From an uncultured Fibrobacteria bacterium (GTDB taxonomy: Bacteria > Fibrobacterota > Fibrobacteria > UBA11236), in the NCBI GenBank assembly GCA_963716395.1, contig OY970309.1, positions 256,001-320,000 of the forward strand: a stretch of 64,000 nucleotides of DNA. Direction: 5' to 3'. How positions within the stretch are numbered: the first letter of the stretch is position 1; every line of letters starts with the position of its first letter. Shown piece by piece: positions 39,406-48,847 of the stretch. The position numbers were made by a program, and so were the translations under genes. The notes beneath the pieces are model-generated. The model did not search any database. It saw nothing but the letters and a program-made list of their open reading frames with translations, and was not told the DNA's origin.

Positions 39406-40089
39406 CTAAATGCGGCCGACCGCCCCGCGTTGCAGCCTCCGATAGAGGAAGGCGCGCCACCCGGCCAACTCGGCGTGGCGCCAACTGCGCCAGGCGCGCG
39501 CCAGCAGGGCGCCCCAGGGAATCGCGATCGCCGCCGCGGGGAGAAAGAGCAGAAACCGCAGGGCCGAAAGCCCTCCCCGCACGCGCCCTTGCAAAGGCGG
39601 GTGCGACGCGTCGAAATCAAAGCGCAGATCCACGCGCCGCAGCCCGGGAAACGCCCGCGTTACCTGCCACCATCCGGCCCAGCGCCCGAGCGCGGCGGGA
39701 TCGGCGTTGCGCACCCGGCCTTCGACACGGGCATTCACCAGGCGCAGCCCCAGCCCCGTCAGGCGCACACCGGCCCTCCCCAACGCGCCCCATGCGGCGG
39801 TATCGGTGGCGAAGCGGAACAAGGCCCGCTGCAATCGCCGGCGCAAGGACGGCCATTGCGGCAGACGCAAAAATCCAGCCTGGCCGAGTCCGGCCTCCGG
39901 CGCGGGCGAAAAAGCTTTTGCGAGGGGATCGGGATCAGGAAATTTCTTGGACCAAACCCACAGGCCGGGAAACCCGATCTCCAACACTGCATTCCAACTG
40001 CGGTCGCCGGGCCAGTTCAAAGAGTACCGCAGCCGGAACCATGCGGCCGCCGCCAGAAAAACGATTACAGCCGCGAGGATGGCTGCCAT
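39406..40089 (-). CDS. Hypothetical membrane-associated protein
   Basis: N-terminal hydrophobic anchor; Arg/Trp-rich; 9 bp downstream of mlaC-like gene on the same strand. Confidence 0.55.
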   Translation of the reverse strand: MAAILAAVIVFLAAAAWFRLRYSLNWPGDRSWNAVLEIGFPGLWVWSKKFPDPDPLAKAFSPAPEAGLGQAGFLRLPQWPSLRRRLQRALFRFATDTAAWGALGRAGVRLTGLGLRLVNARVEGRVRNADPAALGRWAGWWQVTRAFPGLRRVDLRFDFDASHPPLQGRVRGGLSALRFLLFLPAAAIAIPWGALLARAWRSWRHAELAGWRAFLYRRLQRGAVGRI

Positions 40090-40098
40090 ACCGTCGCG

Positions 40099-40740
40099 TC
40101 AGGAAGCTCCGGCGTCGGAAACCGCCTTGACCGTTTTTCCGGCCTTGCCGCCGGCGTCTTCCTTGGCTTTCTGCTCCAACTTGGCGATGAGTCCGTCCAT
40201 GGTCTTGGTTTTCAAAATGACGCGGAATTGATCGCCGTAATTCCCCGCCGTGCTGAGATCGTCTATCACCAAATCCCAGGCCTTCCATACGCCGTTTTTC
40301 TGAAACAATTTGTACACCACCACCGACTCGGCGCCTTTGGAATAGACATGCGCGGTCACCGAGGTGTGCCCATCCTGCACCTCGGGCGGATCGTAATGGG
40401 TGGAATCGCTTTCATACGCCGACAGCTTTTTAACCGAGGCGTTTTCGGCCATCTGGCGAAAAGCCTTGACGAATCGGGCTTGCTGGGCGGGCGGCATGGA
40501 GTTCCAGAGTTTGGGGCCCAGGGCGCGCCGGCCCAATTCTTCGAAATCGAAAATGCCGTTGATGAGCTCTTTGATGCGGCCCATTTTCTGACCGGCGTCT
40601 TTTTCGCGCAGCAATTTCTGCAACTCGGTGTCTTTGGCGCGGATGACGGCCACCGGATTCCCCGCCGCGCCGAAGTTTTGGGTGGAATCGGCGGCTCCGG
40701 CCAGCGCGACGCCCATCAAAATCCATCCCCACCAACGCAT
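40099..40740 (-). CDS. mlaC: MlaC/Ttg2D-family periplasmic phospholipid-binding protein
   Basis: Signal peptide; FDFEELGRRALG..W, F..AF, VVYKL..WKAWDLVIDDLS..NY.DQF. Confidence 0.85.
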   Translation of the reverse strand: MRWWGWILMGVALAGAADSTQNFGAAGNPVAVIRAKDTELQKLLREKDAGQKMGRIKELINGIFDFEELGRRALGPKLWNSMPPAQQARFVKAFRQMAENASVKKLSAYESDSTHYDPPEVQDGHTSVTAHVYSKGAESVVVYKLFQKNGVWKAWDLVIDDLSTAGNYGDQFRVILKTKTMDGLIAKLEQKAKEDAGGKAGKTVKAVSDAGAS

Positions 40741-40744
40741 GCCT

Positions 40745-42220
40745 TCACTCCTTGTTCGCGGCTTGCGCGCCGCCCGTTTGCAAGCTATGAAAATAGTCTT
40801 GCAGGGTCCATCCCACCGCCTGGAACAGGTCGGCGACGGCCACGTTGTAATCGAATACGGCTTGGTAAAAGTCGCGTTTGGAAGTCAGCGATTGCCGGAA
40901 CGGCGCGATCAGGTCTTTGCTCGACGACGGGTCGAGATCGTACTTCATGGCCGCGCCTTTGAGCCAGCCGTCGGCGGCGCGCAGCGCGTCTTGGGCGTCG
41001 GCCATGTCGGCCCGCGCCTTCTGCATTTTGTCATAGGCTTCTTCGACCTTCACCAGAATGCCTTTGGCCGCGTAGACTTCGGTGCGCTGCAATTGGCGCA
41101 ACTCGAGACGGGCCTTGCGGTAGTTCTGATAGCGCTCCCAAAAGTTGAGTTGGATGCGCAGCCCCAATCCGCCTACCGCCGTGATTTGGTTCAACGGGTC
41201 GGTGGCGAAGGGGTTGTTGCTGCTCGACTCGCGGTCCGAAGACCAGGCCTTGGTGTACCTGAAATTACCGAACAGGAAAATGTCGGGCCCGAGTTCGCCT
41301 TGCGCCACCTTGAGCAGTTCCTGCCGCGCCCCCAAACCGTTTTGCAGACGCTTGAGATCCGGGTGATCGCGCAGCGCGTAAAACTTGAGGGAGTCGAGCG
41401 GCGGAATGGTTTCCGTGCGCGGGGTCAGCACGCTGTCGTCCAGCGGCGGACACGCGCTGTCGGGCCAGGCCAGCAGAAAACGCAGCCCCAGCGCCGTGCG
41501 TTGCAACCCCAGCGCCGCTTCGTTCAGGCCTTGATCGAGCGCGAAGCGCCCCGCCTTCAGTTGCAGCAGATCGGTTTGCGTCACGCCTTCGGCGCCCGAA
41601 TCGAGTTGTCGCGCCAGTTTTTTCTCGGCCTGGTCCAAATCGTGTTGGGCCGAGACCAGCGCGCTGTGCAGGGTCAAGGCCAGGAGGCGCTGGTAATAAA
41701 GCGTTTGCGCCTGCTGGGACACGTCGAGGCGTTCTTTCTGAAAATCGGCTTCGGAAACCTTGATTTGATATTCGCCGGCTTTGCGGCCAGCCCGGTAACG
41801 GGCCACGTTCAAGGGCTGTGCCACATCGCCTTCGACCCCGAAAAACGGGCCCCATTCGGAAAAGTCATACTCTTTCTGGATTTGGGTCACGGGATCGCCG
41901 GTCGAATACACGTGCAGCGACGTGGTATCGTTCACATCGCGCAGGCCGGGAGCCGGCCCCACCCCGGTCGAAACTTCGAACTTGGGCAAAATGGCGCCCA
42001 TGTCGATGTCGCGCAGCTTTTCCCGCGCCTTATCCACTTCGAGGGCCTTGTCGGCCAGCATGGGGTCACGCGCCAGCGCCAGACTGTCGACCCGCACACA
42101 ATTCAGCGGCGCCGACACGGGAAGCGGCGCGGCGGCATCCGGCCCCGCACAAATTCCCGTGAAAACCAGAGCTGCGCCCAGTCCGCGACGGGCCAAGGGG
42201 GAAAAAAAGGCGGGCCGCAT
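40745..42220 (-). CDS. TolC-family outer-membrane efflux protein
   Basis: Signal peptide; two OEP repeats (ALARDP..ILPKFEV; ALRDHPDL..LGPDIFL), long coiled helices, DYNVAVADL..AVG. Confidence 0.85.
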   Translation of the reverse strand: MRPAFFSPLARRGLGAALVFTGICAGPDAAAPLPVSAPLNCVRVDSLALARDPMLADKALEVDKAREKLRDIDMGAILPKFEVSTGVGPAPGLRDVNDTTSLHVYSTGDPVTQIQKEYDFSEWGPFFGVEGDVAQPLNVARYRAGRKAGEYQIKVSEADFQKERLDVSQQAQTLYYQRLLALTLHSALVSAQHDLDQAEKKLARQLDSGAEGVTQTDLLQLKAGRFALDQGLNEAALGLQRTALGLRFLLAWPDSACPPLDDSVLTPRTETIPPLDSLKFYALRDHPDLKRLQNGLGARQELLKVAQGELGPDIFLFGNFRYTKAWSSDRESSSNNPFATDPLNQITAVGGLGLRIQLNFWERYQNYRKARLELRQLQRTEVYAAKGILVKVEEAYDKMQKARADMADAQDALRAADGWLKGAAMKYDLDPSSSKDLIAPFRQSLTSKRDFYQAVFDYNVAVADLFQAVGWTLQDYFHSLQTGGAQAANKE

Positions 42221-42291
42221 GCGAAAGTGAAAATCTAGTTAAGCCGCATCTTCGGGCCATTTTCGCGGCGGGAAGAAAGCATTTTATCGCT

Positions 42292-43356
42292 ATGGCGGAC
42301 CCCGCCGTCACTCTACCCGAGACGCTTTCGCCGCGCTTTGTCGCCGCCTCCCTGCGTAGCATGCAAGCTACTCTGGTGCGCGGCGATCTGATCCTCGATT
42401 GCGCGCGCTTGCGCCGGCTCGATTCGCTGGGGTTGGCGTTCTTCGCCCATTGGAATGAAGCCGCAGGGATCGCCGGGCGGCAATTGGTGCTGCGGGGGAT
42501 GCCCGCGCCGTTGCAGCCGCGCCTGGAGGAGATGCCCCGGGCCCAAACCGCGCCGCCCGCCGCGGCTCCCGCGAACCTGCCCGAACGCCTGGGCGGATGG
42601 GCCTATGCGACGGGCCGGGAAATCCGCGATATGGCGCTATTGTTTTCCGAATCGCTATACCAGTCGACCTTGGGTCTTTTCCGGCCCAAAACCCTGCTGG
42701 CCGGCTCGACCCTGACCCAGATGGTGCGCCTCGGCACCGACGCCCTGCCCATCGTGCTGCTCTTGTCGATGCTGATCGGATTCACCCTGGCCATGCAATC
42801 GGGGTTGCAGTTGCAAAAATACGGGGCCACCCTCTTTCTCGCCGACGGCGTGGGCCTGAGTATGGTGATGGAAATAGGTCCGGTGATGACGGCGGTGATT
42901 CTCGCCGGCCGATCGGGCAGCGCCATCACCGCCGAAATCGCCACCATGGTGGTGCAGGAAGAACTGGCGGCGCTGCAGTCCATGGGCATCAACCCCATTC
43001 ATTTCACGGCCCTGCCGCGCTTCTGGGCCCTGAGCGTCACCCAGCCGCTGCTCACCGTCGCCTCATGCCTGGCCGGCATCGCCAGCGGCATGGGGGTGGG
43101 TCTGTTCGTGTTCCATCTGTCGGTGCCCGGCTTTCTCACCGAATTGCAGGAGGCCATTCCGCTGATTTACGTCTGGCAGGGGCTGGTGAAATCGCTGACC
43201 TTTTCCTGGATCATCGTTTTCGTGGCCACGACCAAGGGCATGAACACGCGCGGAGGAGCCGACGCGGTGGGACGCGCCACCACGGCCTGCGTGGTGAACT
43301 GTATTTTTGCGATAATACTGGCCGATGCCGTTTTTTCCTTTCTCTTCTACACGTGA
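42292..43356 (+). CDS. mlaE: MlaE-family ABC permease with N-terminal STAS (MlaB-like) domain
   Basis: LDCARLRRLDSLGL (STAS); EIGPVMTAVILAGRSGSAITAEI, GGADAVGRATT. Confidence 0.9.
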   Translation: MADPAVTLPETLSPRFVAASLRSMQATLVRGDLILDCARLRRLDSLGLAFFAHWNEAAGIAGRQLVLRGMPAPLQPRLEEMPRAQTAPPAAAPANLPERLGGWAYATGREIRDMALLFSESLYQSTLGLFRPKTLLAGSTLTQMVRLGTDALPIVLLLSMLIGFTLAMQSGLQLQKYGATLFLADGVGLSMVMEIGPVMTAVILAGRSGSAITAEIATMVVQEELAALQSMGINPIHFTALPRFWALSVTQPLLTVASCLAGIASGMGVGLFVFHLSVPGFLTELQEAIPLIYVWQGLVKSLTFSWIIVFVATTKGMNTRGGADAVGRATTACVVNCIFAIILADAVFSFLFYT

Positions 43357-43428
43357 GGCGCAGCGCGGCCGTCAACCGGGTCAGGGGCTATTGCTACACT
43401 TCACTCTGGGTTCCCCGCGACCTTCCGC

Positions 43429-44223
43429 ATGATGCCCACCGACCCTCCCCTGCGCGTCCGCCGATTGCGGGCCGGATATGACAGCCACCCGGTGCTGGAA
43501 GGCGTGGATTTGGAAGTGCCGGTCGGCGAAATTCGGGTGGTGCTCGGCGGTTCGGGCTGCGGCAAATCCACCTTGCTCAAAAACGTAACCGGTCTGGAAC
43601 GTCCCTGGGATGGTACGGTTGACCTGTTCGGCCGGCGCCTCGACTGGTCGCGCGGCCGGCCGCCCGACGAACTCTTCGAAAAAATCGGCCTGCTGTTCCA
43701 GGGCGCGGCCCTGCTGTCGTCGCTTGATGTGGGCGAGAACGTCGCGCTGCCGCTGCGTATCCGCCATCCCGACCTGCCCCGCGGCCTGCTGCGCGAACTG
43801 GTGCGCCTCAAACTGAGCCAGGTGCGGCTGGAAAACGCCGAGGCCCTGCTACCCTCCGAGCTGTCCGGGGGCATGCGCAAGCGCGCCGGCCTGGCGCGGG
43901 CCCTGGCCACCGATCCCGAACTGCTGTTCTGCGACGAACCTTCGGCCGGCCTCGATCCCGTGGCCGCGCGCGGACTCGACGATTTGCTGCTGGAACTGCG
44001 CGACACCCTCTCCATTACCATGGTGGTGGTGACGCATGAATTGGAATCCATCCGCGCCCTGGCCGATCGCATCACCTTCCTGTCCGACGGACGGGTGCTG
44101 TTCGACGGCACCCTGGCCGAGGCCGAAGCCGGCGCCGCCGACGAAGTGCGCGATTTTTTGGCACGTCGGCCCCGCGACCGCCGCGCCGACGCGCCGCCCA
44201 TGGCCTTTCACCTGGAGAACTGA
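43429..44223 (+). CDS. mlaF: MlaF-family ABC ATPase
   Basis: GGSGCGKST, LFQGAALLSSL, ELSGGMRKRAGLARA, FCDEPSAGLDP, VTHE. Confidence 0.92.
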   Translation: MMPTDPPLRVRRLRAGYDSHPVLEGVDLEVPVGEIRVVLGGSGCGKSTLLKNVTGLERPWDGTVDLFGRRLDWSRGRPPDELFEKIGLLFQGAALLSSLDVGENVALPLRIRHPDLPRGLLRELVRLKLSQVRLENAEALLPSELSGGMRKRAGLARALATDPELLFCDEPSAGLDPVAARGLDDLLLELRDTLSITMVVVTHELESIRALADRITFLSDGRVLFDGTLAEAEAGAADEVRDFLARRPRDRRADAPPMAFHLEN

Positions 44224-45107
44224 TGGAGGCCACGCGCGCCGAAAAAACCCGCCTGGGGCTGTTCATCCTGGTGATGATCGCGGGATTCGTCGTGTCGGTG
44301 ATCTTCCTGATCGGGGGAGTTTTCACGGCCAAAACCGTTACTTATTTCACGCGTCTGGAAGAGCCGGTCACCGGGCTGGAACCGGGCACCCCCGTAAAGC
44401 AGAACGGCGTCGACATCGGGCAGGTCAGTTCCATCACCACCGACAGCAGCGACATCCAGAAAACCGTGGTGCGTTTCCGGGTCAAAGCCGGAACACCCAT
44501 GAAAACCGACATGGTCGCCACTTTGGGTAATTACGGTATCACGGGTTTGAAATACCTGGAGATCACCGGCGGCAGCTACGCCTCGACCGACTTGCCCCCG
44601 GGTGGCGAGGTGAAATCGCGGCTGTCGCTGCTCGGAGGATTCGCCCTGCGGGCCGACTCCATCGCGGTCAAAATCGACCACCTGCTGGGCAACGCCATCG
44701 AGATCACCCAGGCCCAGAACCGGAACCACCTGGACCAGTTGATGGCCTCTTCGGCTTCCCTCTCGGCTTCGCTCGATTCGCTGGCCCGCGACCTGCATAA
44801 AATCCGCCCGGGCGAACGCGTCGATCGCCTGCTGAGCAGCGCCGCGGCCACCGTCGACGATCTGCACCGGCAAATCCGCCAGGCCGATTTGCCCGGCACC
44901 TTGAAGGAATACCGCACGGCGGCGCAGGACATGCAAACCGTCGCCCAGCATCTCGACGTGACCGTGCGGCGTTCGCAGGAGGATCTGGGCGTGGCCCTTT
45001 CCAATCTCAAGGAGGCTTTGAAGAACGTGAACTCCTTCAGCCGTCAAATCAAGGAGAACCCTTCCGTGCTCCTGCGGGGCGAAGACAAACAGGAGCGCCG
45101 CGAATGA
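44223..45107 (+). CDS. mlaD: MCE/MlaD-family protein with long helical C-terminal domain
   Basis: TM, VTGLEPGTPVKQNGVDIGQV, GITGLKYLEI, helical tail ending IKENPSVLL. Confidence 0.9.
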   Translation: MEATRAEKTRLGLFILVMIAGFVVSVIFLIGGVFTAKTVTYFTRLEEPVTGLEPGTPVKQNGVDIGQVSSITTDSSDIQKTVVRFRVKAGTPMKTDMVATLGNYGITGLKYLEITGGSYASTDLPPGGEVKSRLSLLGGFALRADSIAVKIDHLLGNAIEITQAQNRNHLDQLMASSASLSASLDSLARDLHKIRPGERVDRLLSSAAATVDDLHRQIRQADLPGTLKEYRTAAQDMQTVAQHLDVTVRRSQEDLGVALSNLKEALKNVNSFSRQIKENPSVLLRGEDKQERRE

Positions 45108-45757
45108 AAATGCGCGCCGCCGCCGGCTTTCTGGCCCTGCTCCTATTGTCGGGTTGTTTTTTCGGACGCGCGCCCGAAACCCAGTATTACGTGCTTGATT
45201 ATCTGCCCACCCCGACCGCGGCGCGCCTGCAAAAAGGCCCCTACCCCTTCGTGTTGCGGCTGCGCGACCCCACCATCGCCGAGGCTTATCGCCGCAGCCA
45301 GATCGTGTACCGCGTGAACGCCTACGAGATGCAGTTCTACTCTTATCATTTGTGGGCGGTGGACCCGGATCGCATGATCGGCGATTTGCTGCTCAAGCAT
45401 TTGCGCGCCGCGCAGTTGTTCGAAAACGTGATCCGCAACATCGAATCCTTCAACCCCGATTTCGAATTGACCTGCGACATCCAGGCCATCGAAGAATACG
45501 ATGGACCGGGATCATGGTATGCCCACCTCGCCATCGAATACCAACTCATCGAGGAAAAAACCGGACAGGTGGTCTGGAAAAATCTCTACGACCTGCGCAA
45601 GGCCGTGCCCCAGCGCGAACCGGTGTATGTGGTGCGGGAACTCTCGGCGCTGCTGGAAATCATCAACGACCGCCTGATCACCGATCTCGAACCGGTGCTC
45701 GCGGCCGCCCAAAATCAATCCGCCCGCCGGGACGAACCCGCCGCCGCCAAACCCTGA
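45104..45757 (+). CDS. PqiC-like ABC-transport auxiliary lipoprotein
   Basis: LLSGC lipobox, QYYVL, IVYR, YHLWAVDP..MI..LL. Confidence 0.82.
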   Translation: MKMRAAAGFLALLLLSGCFFGRAPETQYYVLDYLPTPTAARLQKGPYPFVLRLRDPTIAEAYRRSQIVYRVNAYEMQFYSYHLWAVDPDRMIGDLLLKHLRAAQLFENVIRNIESFNPDFELTCDIQAIEEYDGPGSWYAHLAIEYQLIEEKTGQVVWKNLYDLRKAVPQREPVYVVRELSALLEIINDRLITDLEPVLAAAQNQSARRDEPAAAKP

Positions 45758-45766
45758 TTCCGGTTC

Positions 45767-47371
45767 ATGCGGTGCCTTCTCATTGTGATCTGCACCGTCA
45801 TCACCGCGTCGGCGGGGTTGCCCGAAGGCTTGCCCGGCGTCGAAGTATCGACTCTTCCCGGCAACACTTCGGCGCCGCCCCAGCCGACGCCGCCCGATTC
45901 GTTGCGGGGCAAAAACTGGATCGCACCTTCGGTGGAAGATCAATTGGCGCGCGATCCCACCTTGATCTCTTTGGGCAAGGGCGCGGTCTTCGTGCCCTGC
46001 TACAGCGAACCGCAACGCGAACCCGAGGTCGTCGTCTTTCACCACGGGCACCAGGTGGCGGCGGGCCTGACGGGCACGCGCATTCTGCTCGATTCGGGTA
46101 CGTACGAGTTACGGTTCGGGTCGGGCACGGTCGGGCAGCGCCTGAGCGCCGAAGCCCACGTCGAAGAAGGGCATACCACGGTGATTCCCCCGACCTGGGG
46201 CGGATTGCTGGTCGAAACCCTGACCGAATTGGGCGAATACTTCGAAGGCCAATACGACCTCGTGCGCATGGATCACTGGGTCAGCTACGGCCGCGGCTCG
46301 GGCTATAACGAAGAGCGGCTGCAAGACATCAAGGTCTGGATTCTGCCTCCCGGCCTGTACCGTTTGTCGAAAACCGGCGAGAGCTACAATTCTTTGACCG
46401 ATTACATCACCGTGCAGATCAACCCGGGAGAGCTGCATTCGGTGGAACTGATTTTCGACAAAGACGTGGGCGGCGATCTCATCGCGGGCGGCACCAAATC
46501 ACTCAACCCCCGTCTGCGCGTGGGCCGCAACTGGACCTATGGCTTGCGCGTGGGCGGCAACGCCGAATTCACCCGCAGCGTCGACAACACCAACCAAGAG
46601 CAGCAGAACCTGCTGTTCTCTACCGACCTGCGCACACGGGCGCAATTCGACAACGCCCGCTATCTCGGCATCAATGAAATTTTCCTGCAGAACTCCTTTC
46701 TCAAAACCCAGGGCGCCCCCATCACCGCGTCGACCGACTACCTGCAAATGCGATCGACCTGGGTGCGCCGGCTCAACACCTGGATCGGGCCTTACGTGCG
46801 CGGCCAGGCCACCACCCACCTTTTCCCCACCCATTCCACGCTGGACAGTATCTATATCCTGCGATCCTCGGTCGACAGCGCCGGCGCGACGCATACCGAT
46901 ACGACGCTCGACACCTCCAAGTCATTCCAGGTGGCGCCTTCGTTTTTCCCCCTGCAATTGGCGGAAGGCGCCGGGGTCAACGTGCAGTGGGTCTCGCGCT
47001 ACGAAATCGAGCTTTCCACCGAGCTGGGTCTGGGCGCGCAGCAACAAATCTCGCACGGCGATTATCTCGCGCCCACGACCAATACCTTTGAAATCTCGCA
47101 TTCGCTCAACCAGGTGGGCATCGAAGGAATTTTGGACGGCAAGTTCCGGCTGTCGACGCAATTCACTCTGGACTTGCGCGCCGAAATTTTCGCCGAAAAC
47201 GCGCAATTCCGCAACACGCAATTGCAGGATCTGGAAGCCGACTTCCGGCTCTTTCTGACCCGCAATCTGGAAATCGGCTATGTCTTTCTCCTGAGCGAAT
47301 CCCAGTATCAGGTGGCCAACCGCTTCCCTTACAGCCACGACCTTTCGGTGCGGCTCAACTTCAATTATTGA
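45767..47371 (+). CDS. Hypothetical OM protein: N-terminal PEGA/transthyretin-like domains plus C-terminal beta-barrel
   Basis: Signal peptide; LDSGTYELRF and LPPGLYRL beta-sandwich motifs; terminal beta-signal LSVRLNFNY. Confidence 0.7.
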   Translation: MRCLLIVICTVITASAGLPEGLPGVEVSTLPGNTSAPPQPTPPDSLRGKNWIAPSVEDQLARDPTLISLGKGAVFVPCYSEPQREPEVVVFHHGHQVAAGLTGTRILLDSGTYELRFGSGTVGQRLSAEAHVEEGHTTVIPPTWGGLLVETLTELGEYFEGQYDLVRMDHWVSYGRGSGYNEERLQDIKVWILPPGLYRLSKTGESYNSLTDYITVQINPGELHSVELIFDKDVGGDLIAGGTKSLNPRLRVGRNWTYGLRVGGNAEFTRSVDNTNQEQQNLLFSTDLRTRAQFDNARYLGINEIFLQNSFLKTQGAPITASTDYLQMRSTWVRRLNTWIGPYVRGQATTHLFPTHSTLDSIYILRSSVDSAGATHTDTTLDTSKSFQVAPSFFPLQLAEGAGVNVQWVSRYEIELSTELGLGAQQQISHGDYLAPTTNTFEISHSLNQVGIEGILDGKFRLSTQFTLDLRAEIFAENAQFRNTQLQDLEADFRLFLTRNLEIGYVFLLSESQYQVANRFPYSHDLSVRLNFNY

Positions 47372-48438
47372 AGCGCCGCTGCGAGGGCGGCGGCATAGGC
47401 GGCGGCCACGCTCGCCGGGGTATGCGCATAACGGGGGGCCGGCGGCCGCACTCCCGCGCGGATTTCCGCCACGCGTTGGAGCAGTTCTTTCCGATCGCGA
47501 TATAAAAGCAAGGGAACGCCCGCGGCCTGCAATTCGCGGGTCAAAGGCAAGTCGGCCGCCACGATGGGTTTGCCCAAGGTCGACAAGCGCAACAGGGTAC
47601 TGCTGCTGCTTTTGAAGCGCGCCGGAAACAAGAAGGCTGCGGGCACGGCCAAGGCTTCGCCCAGCCGGTTTTCCGGCACGAATCCGGTCACGGCCACGCG
47701 CGCCTCCAGACCGCGCGTGCGCGCGGCGTCGAGCACCGTGGCGGCGCGCTCCGTGGCGAGCCGCGGGCCCCCCACGATCAAGGCCCCGGCGTCGGAATAC
47801 GCGGTGAGAACGTCCCAAACAGCACCATAATCATTGGTTGCAGTGAGAAACCCGAACACGCCGAGAATGAAGGCAGGGCGGGCGGCCGGGAAATAATCGC
47901 GCGCCGAAAGCGGCGGGGGCGCGGCGGGTGGTACCGGTACGGCGGCCAGGGGAATGGTGGGGCCCAATCGCTGCGGACAGCGCGTCTCCAAGACGCTGCG
48001 GGCGTAGGCGTTGAGCGGAAAGACCCGGCGCGCATGGTAACCACGGCGTTGCAGGGCGACCTCGCGCGCAAAGGCGCGATGACTCCAGTGATAGTGCAGG
48101 CGTTTGGCCCACAGCCACCCCGCGGGGGCGCGCAAATCGGCCCGGGGAAAAGCGAAGGGATCTTCGGCATAGACTTCATGGGGCACCACGAACAGCGGGG
48201 AAGATCGGGCCGCCAGGGATTTCAAATACCGCGGCCCGGGAACCAGGGAACGCTCATAATGCACCAACAGGGCGTCGGCGGCTGTGACACGCGCGTCGTG
48301 CAACGCCTCGTTATACGAAAGGAAGCCTCCCGCCCAAGGGCTGAACTCGGGCCGCAGCGCCTGCACGTAATCCGCGATGCCGCAAAGCCGCCCGGGTTCC
48401 GGACCCACCAGCCAGACACCAGGGCCGGGTTTGGACAT
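47365..48438 (-). CDS. Glycosyltransferase (GT-B fold, GT4-like)
   Basis: CGIADY, VPHE, GVFGFL, GFVPE, FLFPA..SSSTLL..LGKPIVAADLP; TATAAT 6 nt before ATG. Confidence 0.8.
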   Translation of the reverse strand: MSKPGPGVWLVGPEPGRLCGIADYVQALRPEFSPWAGGFLSYNEALHDARVTAADALLVHYERSLVPGPRYLKSLAARSSPLFVVPHEVYAEDPFAFPRADLRAPAGWLWAKRLHYHWSHRAFAREVALQRRGYHARRVFPLNAYARSVLETRCPQRLGPTIPLAAVPVPPAAPPPLSARDYFPAARPAFILGVFGFLTATNDYGAVWDVLTAYSDAGALIVGGPRLATERAATVLDAARTRGLEARVAVTGFVPENRLGEALAVPAAFLFPARFKSSSSTLLRLSTLGKPIVAADLPLTRELQAAGVPLLLYRDRKELLQRVAEIRAGVRPPAPRYAHTPASVAAAYAAALAAALQ

Positions 48439-48636
48439 TCGCCCATTATACCGTTGTCGCCGCACAACCAGGCCTCCATCTGAAAGCGCTGAATGGAGAC
48501 CAGGGTGCGCTTAACATTGCCATTCCAAAAACGGTGAATTGATTAACACTAACTTCCAATAAGCGCGGAAGATTTAATCCCTCGGGCAAAACCGCCCGCA
48601 GACCCGGCCGGTGTCCCGCTTCTCAACCCGCAAACG

Positions 48637-48652
48637 TGGCACTTCGTTTGCT
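48637..48652 (+). promoter_or_regulatory. Sigma-54 (-24/-12) promoter of nrtABCD-moe/moa operon
   Basis: TGGCAC-TTCGT-TTGCT, exact GG-N10-GC consensus ~200 bp upstream of nrtA. Confidence 0.85.
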
Positions 48653-48676
48653 TTTCCCTCTGGTTGTTCACGTTAC

Positions 48677-48736
48677 CCAACCGAACCCGGTCCGCCCGGC
48701 CCTTTGGACATTTGCGTAGTGATTTTCGGGCCGTGG
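48677..48736 (+). promoter_or_regulatory. Conserved leader motif, copy 1 (putative cis-regulatory RNA or operator)
   Basis: CCAACCGAACCCGGTCCGCCCGGCCCTTTGGACA...GCCGTGG; 28/35 identical to the copy at 58055. Confidence 0.55.
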
Positions 48737-48847
48737 CAGTAGTGAACGGGTCTTGCCGATGGGGCGGGGAGGCCGGTTTGATTCTGTCGCTTCCTCCGAT
48801 TTTGCTGCGCCTGAGTAGGTCCACCGCATGGGTTCGCAGGAGGTATC

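Noticed and set aside
48500-48580. NtrC enhancer sites upstream of the sigma-54 promoters
   Set aside because: Only weak partial matches to TGCAC-N7-GTGCA here and at 57890-57950; not supportable.
48660-48847. Moco riboswitch or ANTAR dual-hairpin in the nrtA leader
   Set aside because: Neither conserved signature could be found by eye; reported instead as an unknown shared motif.
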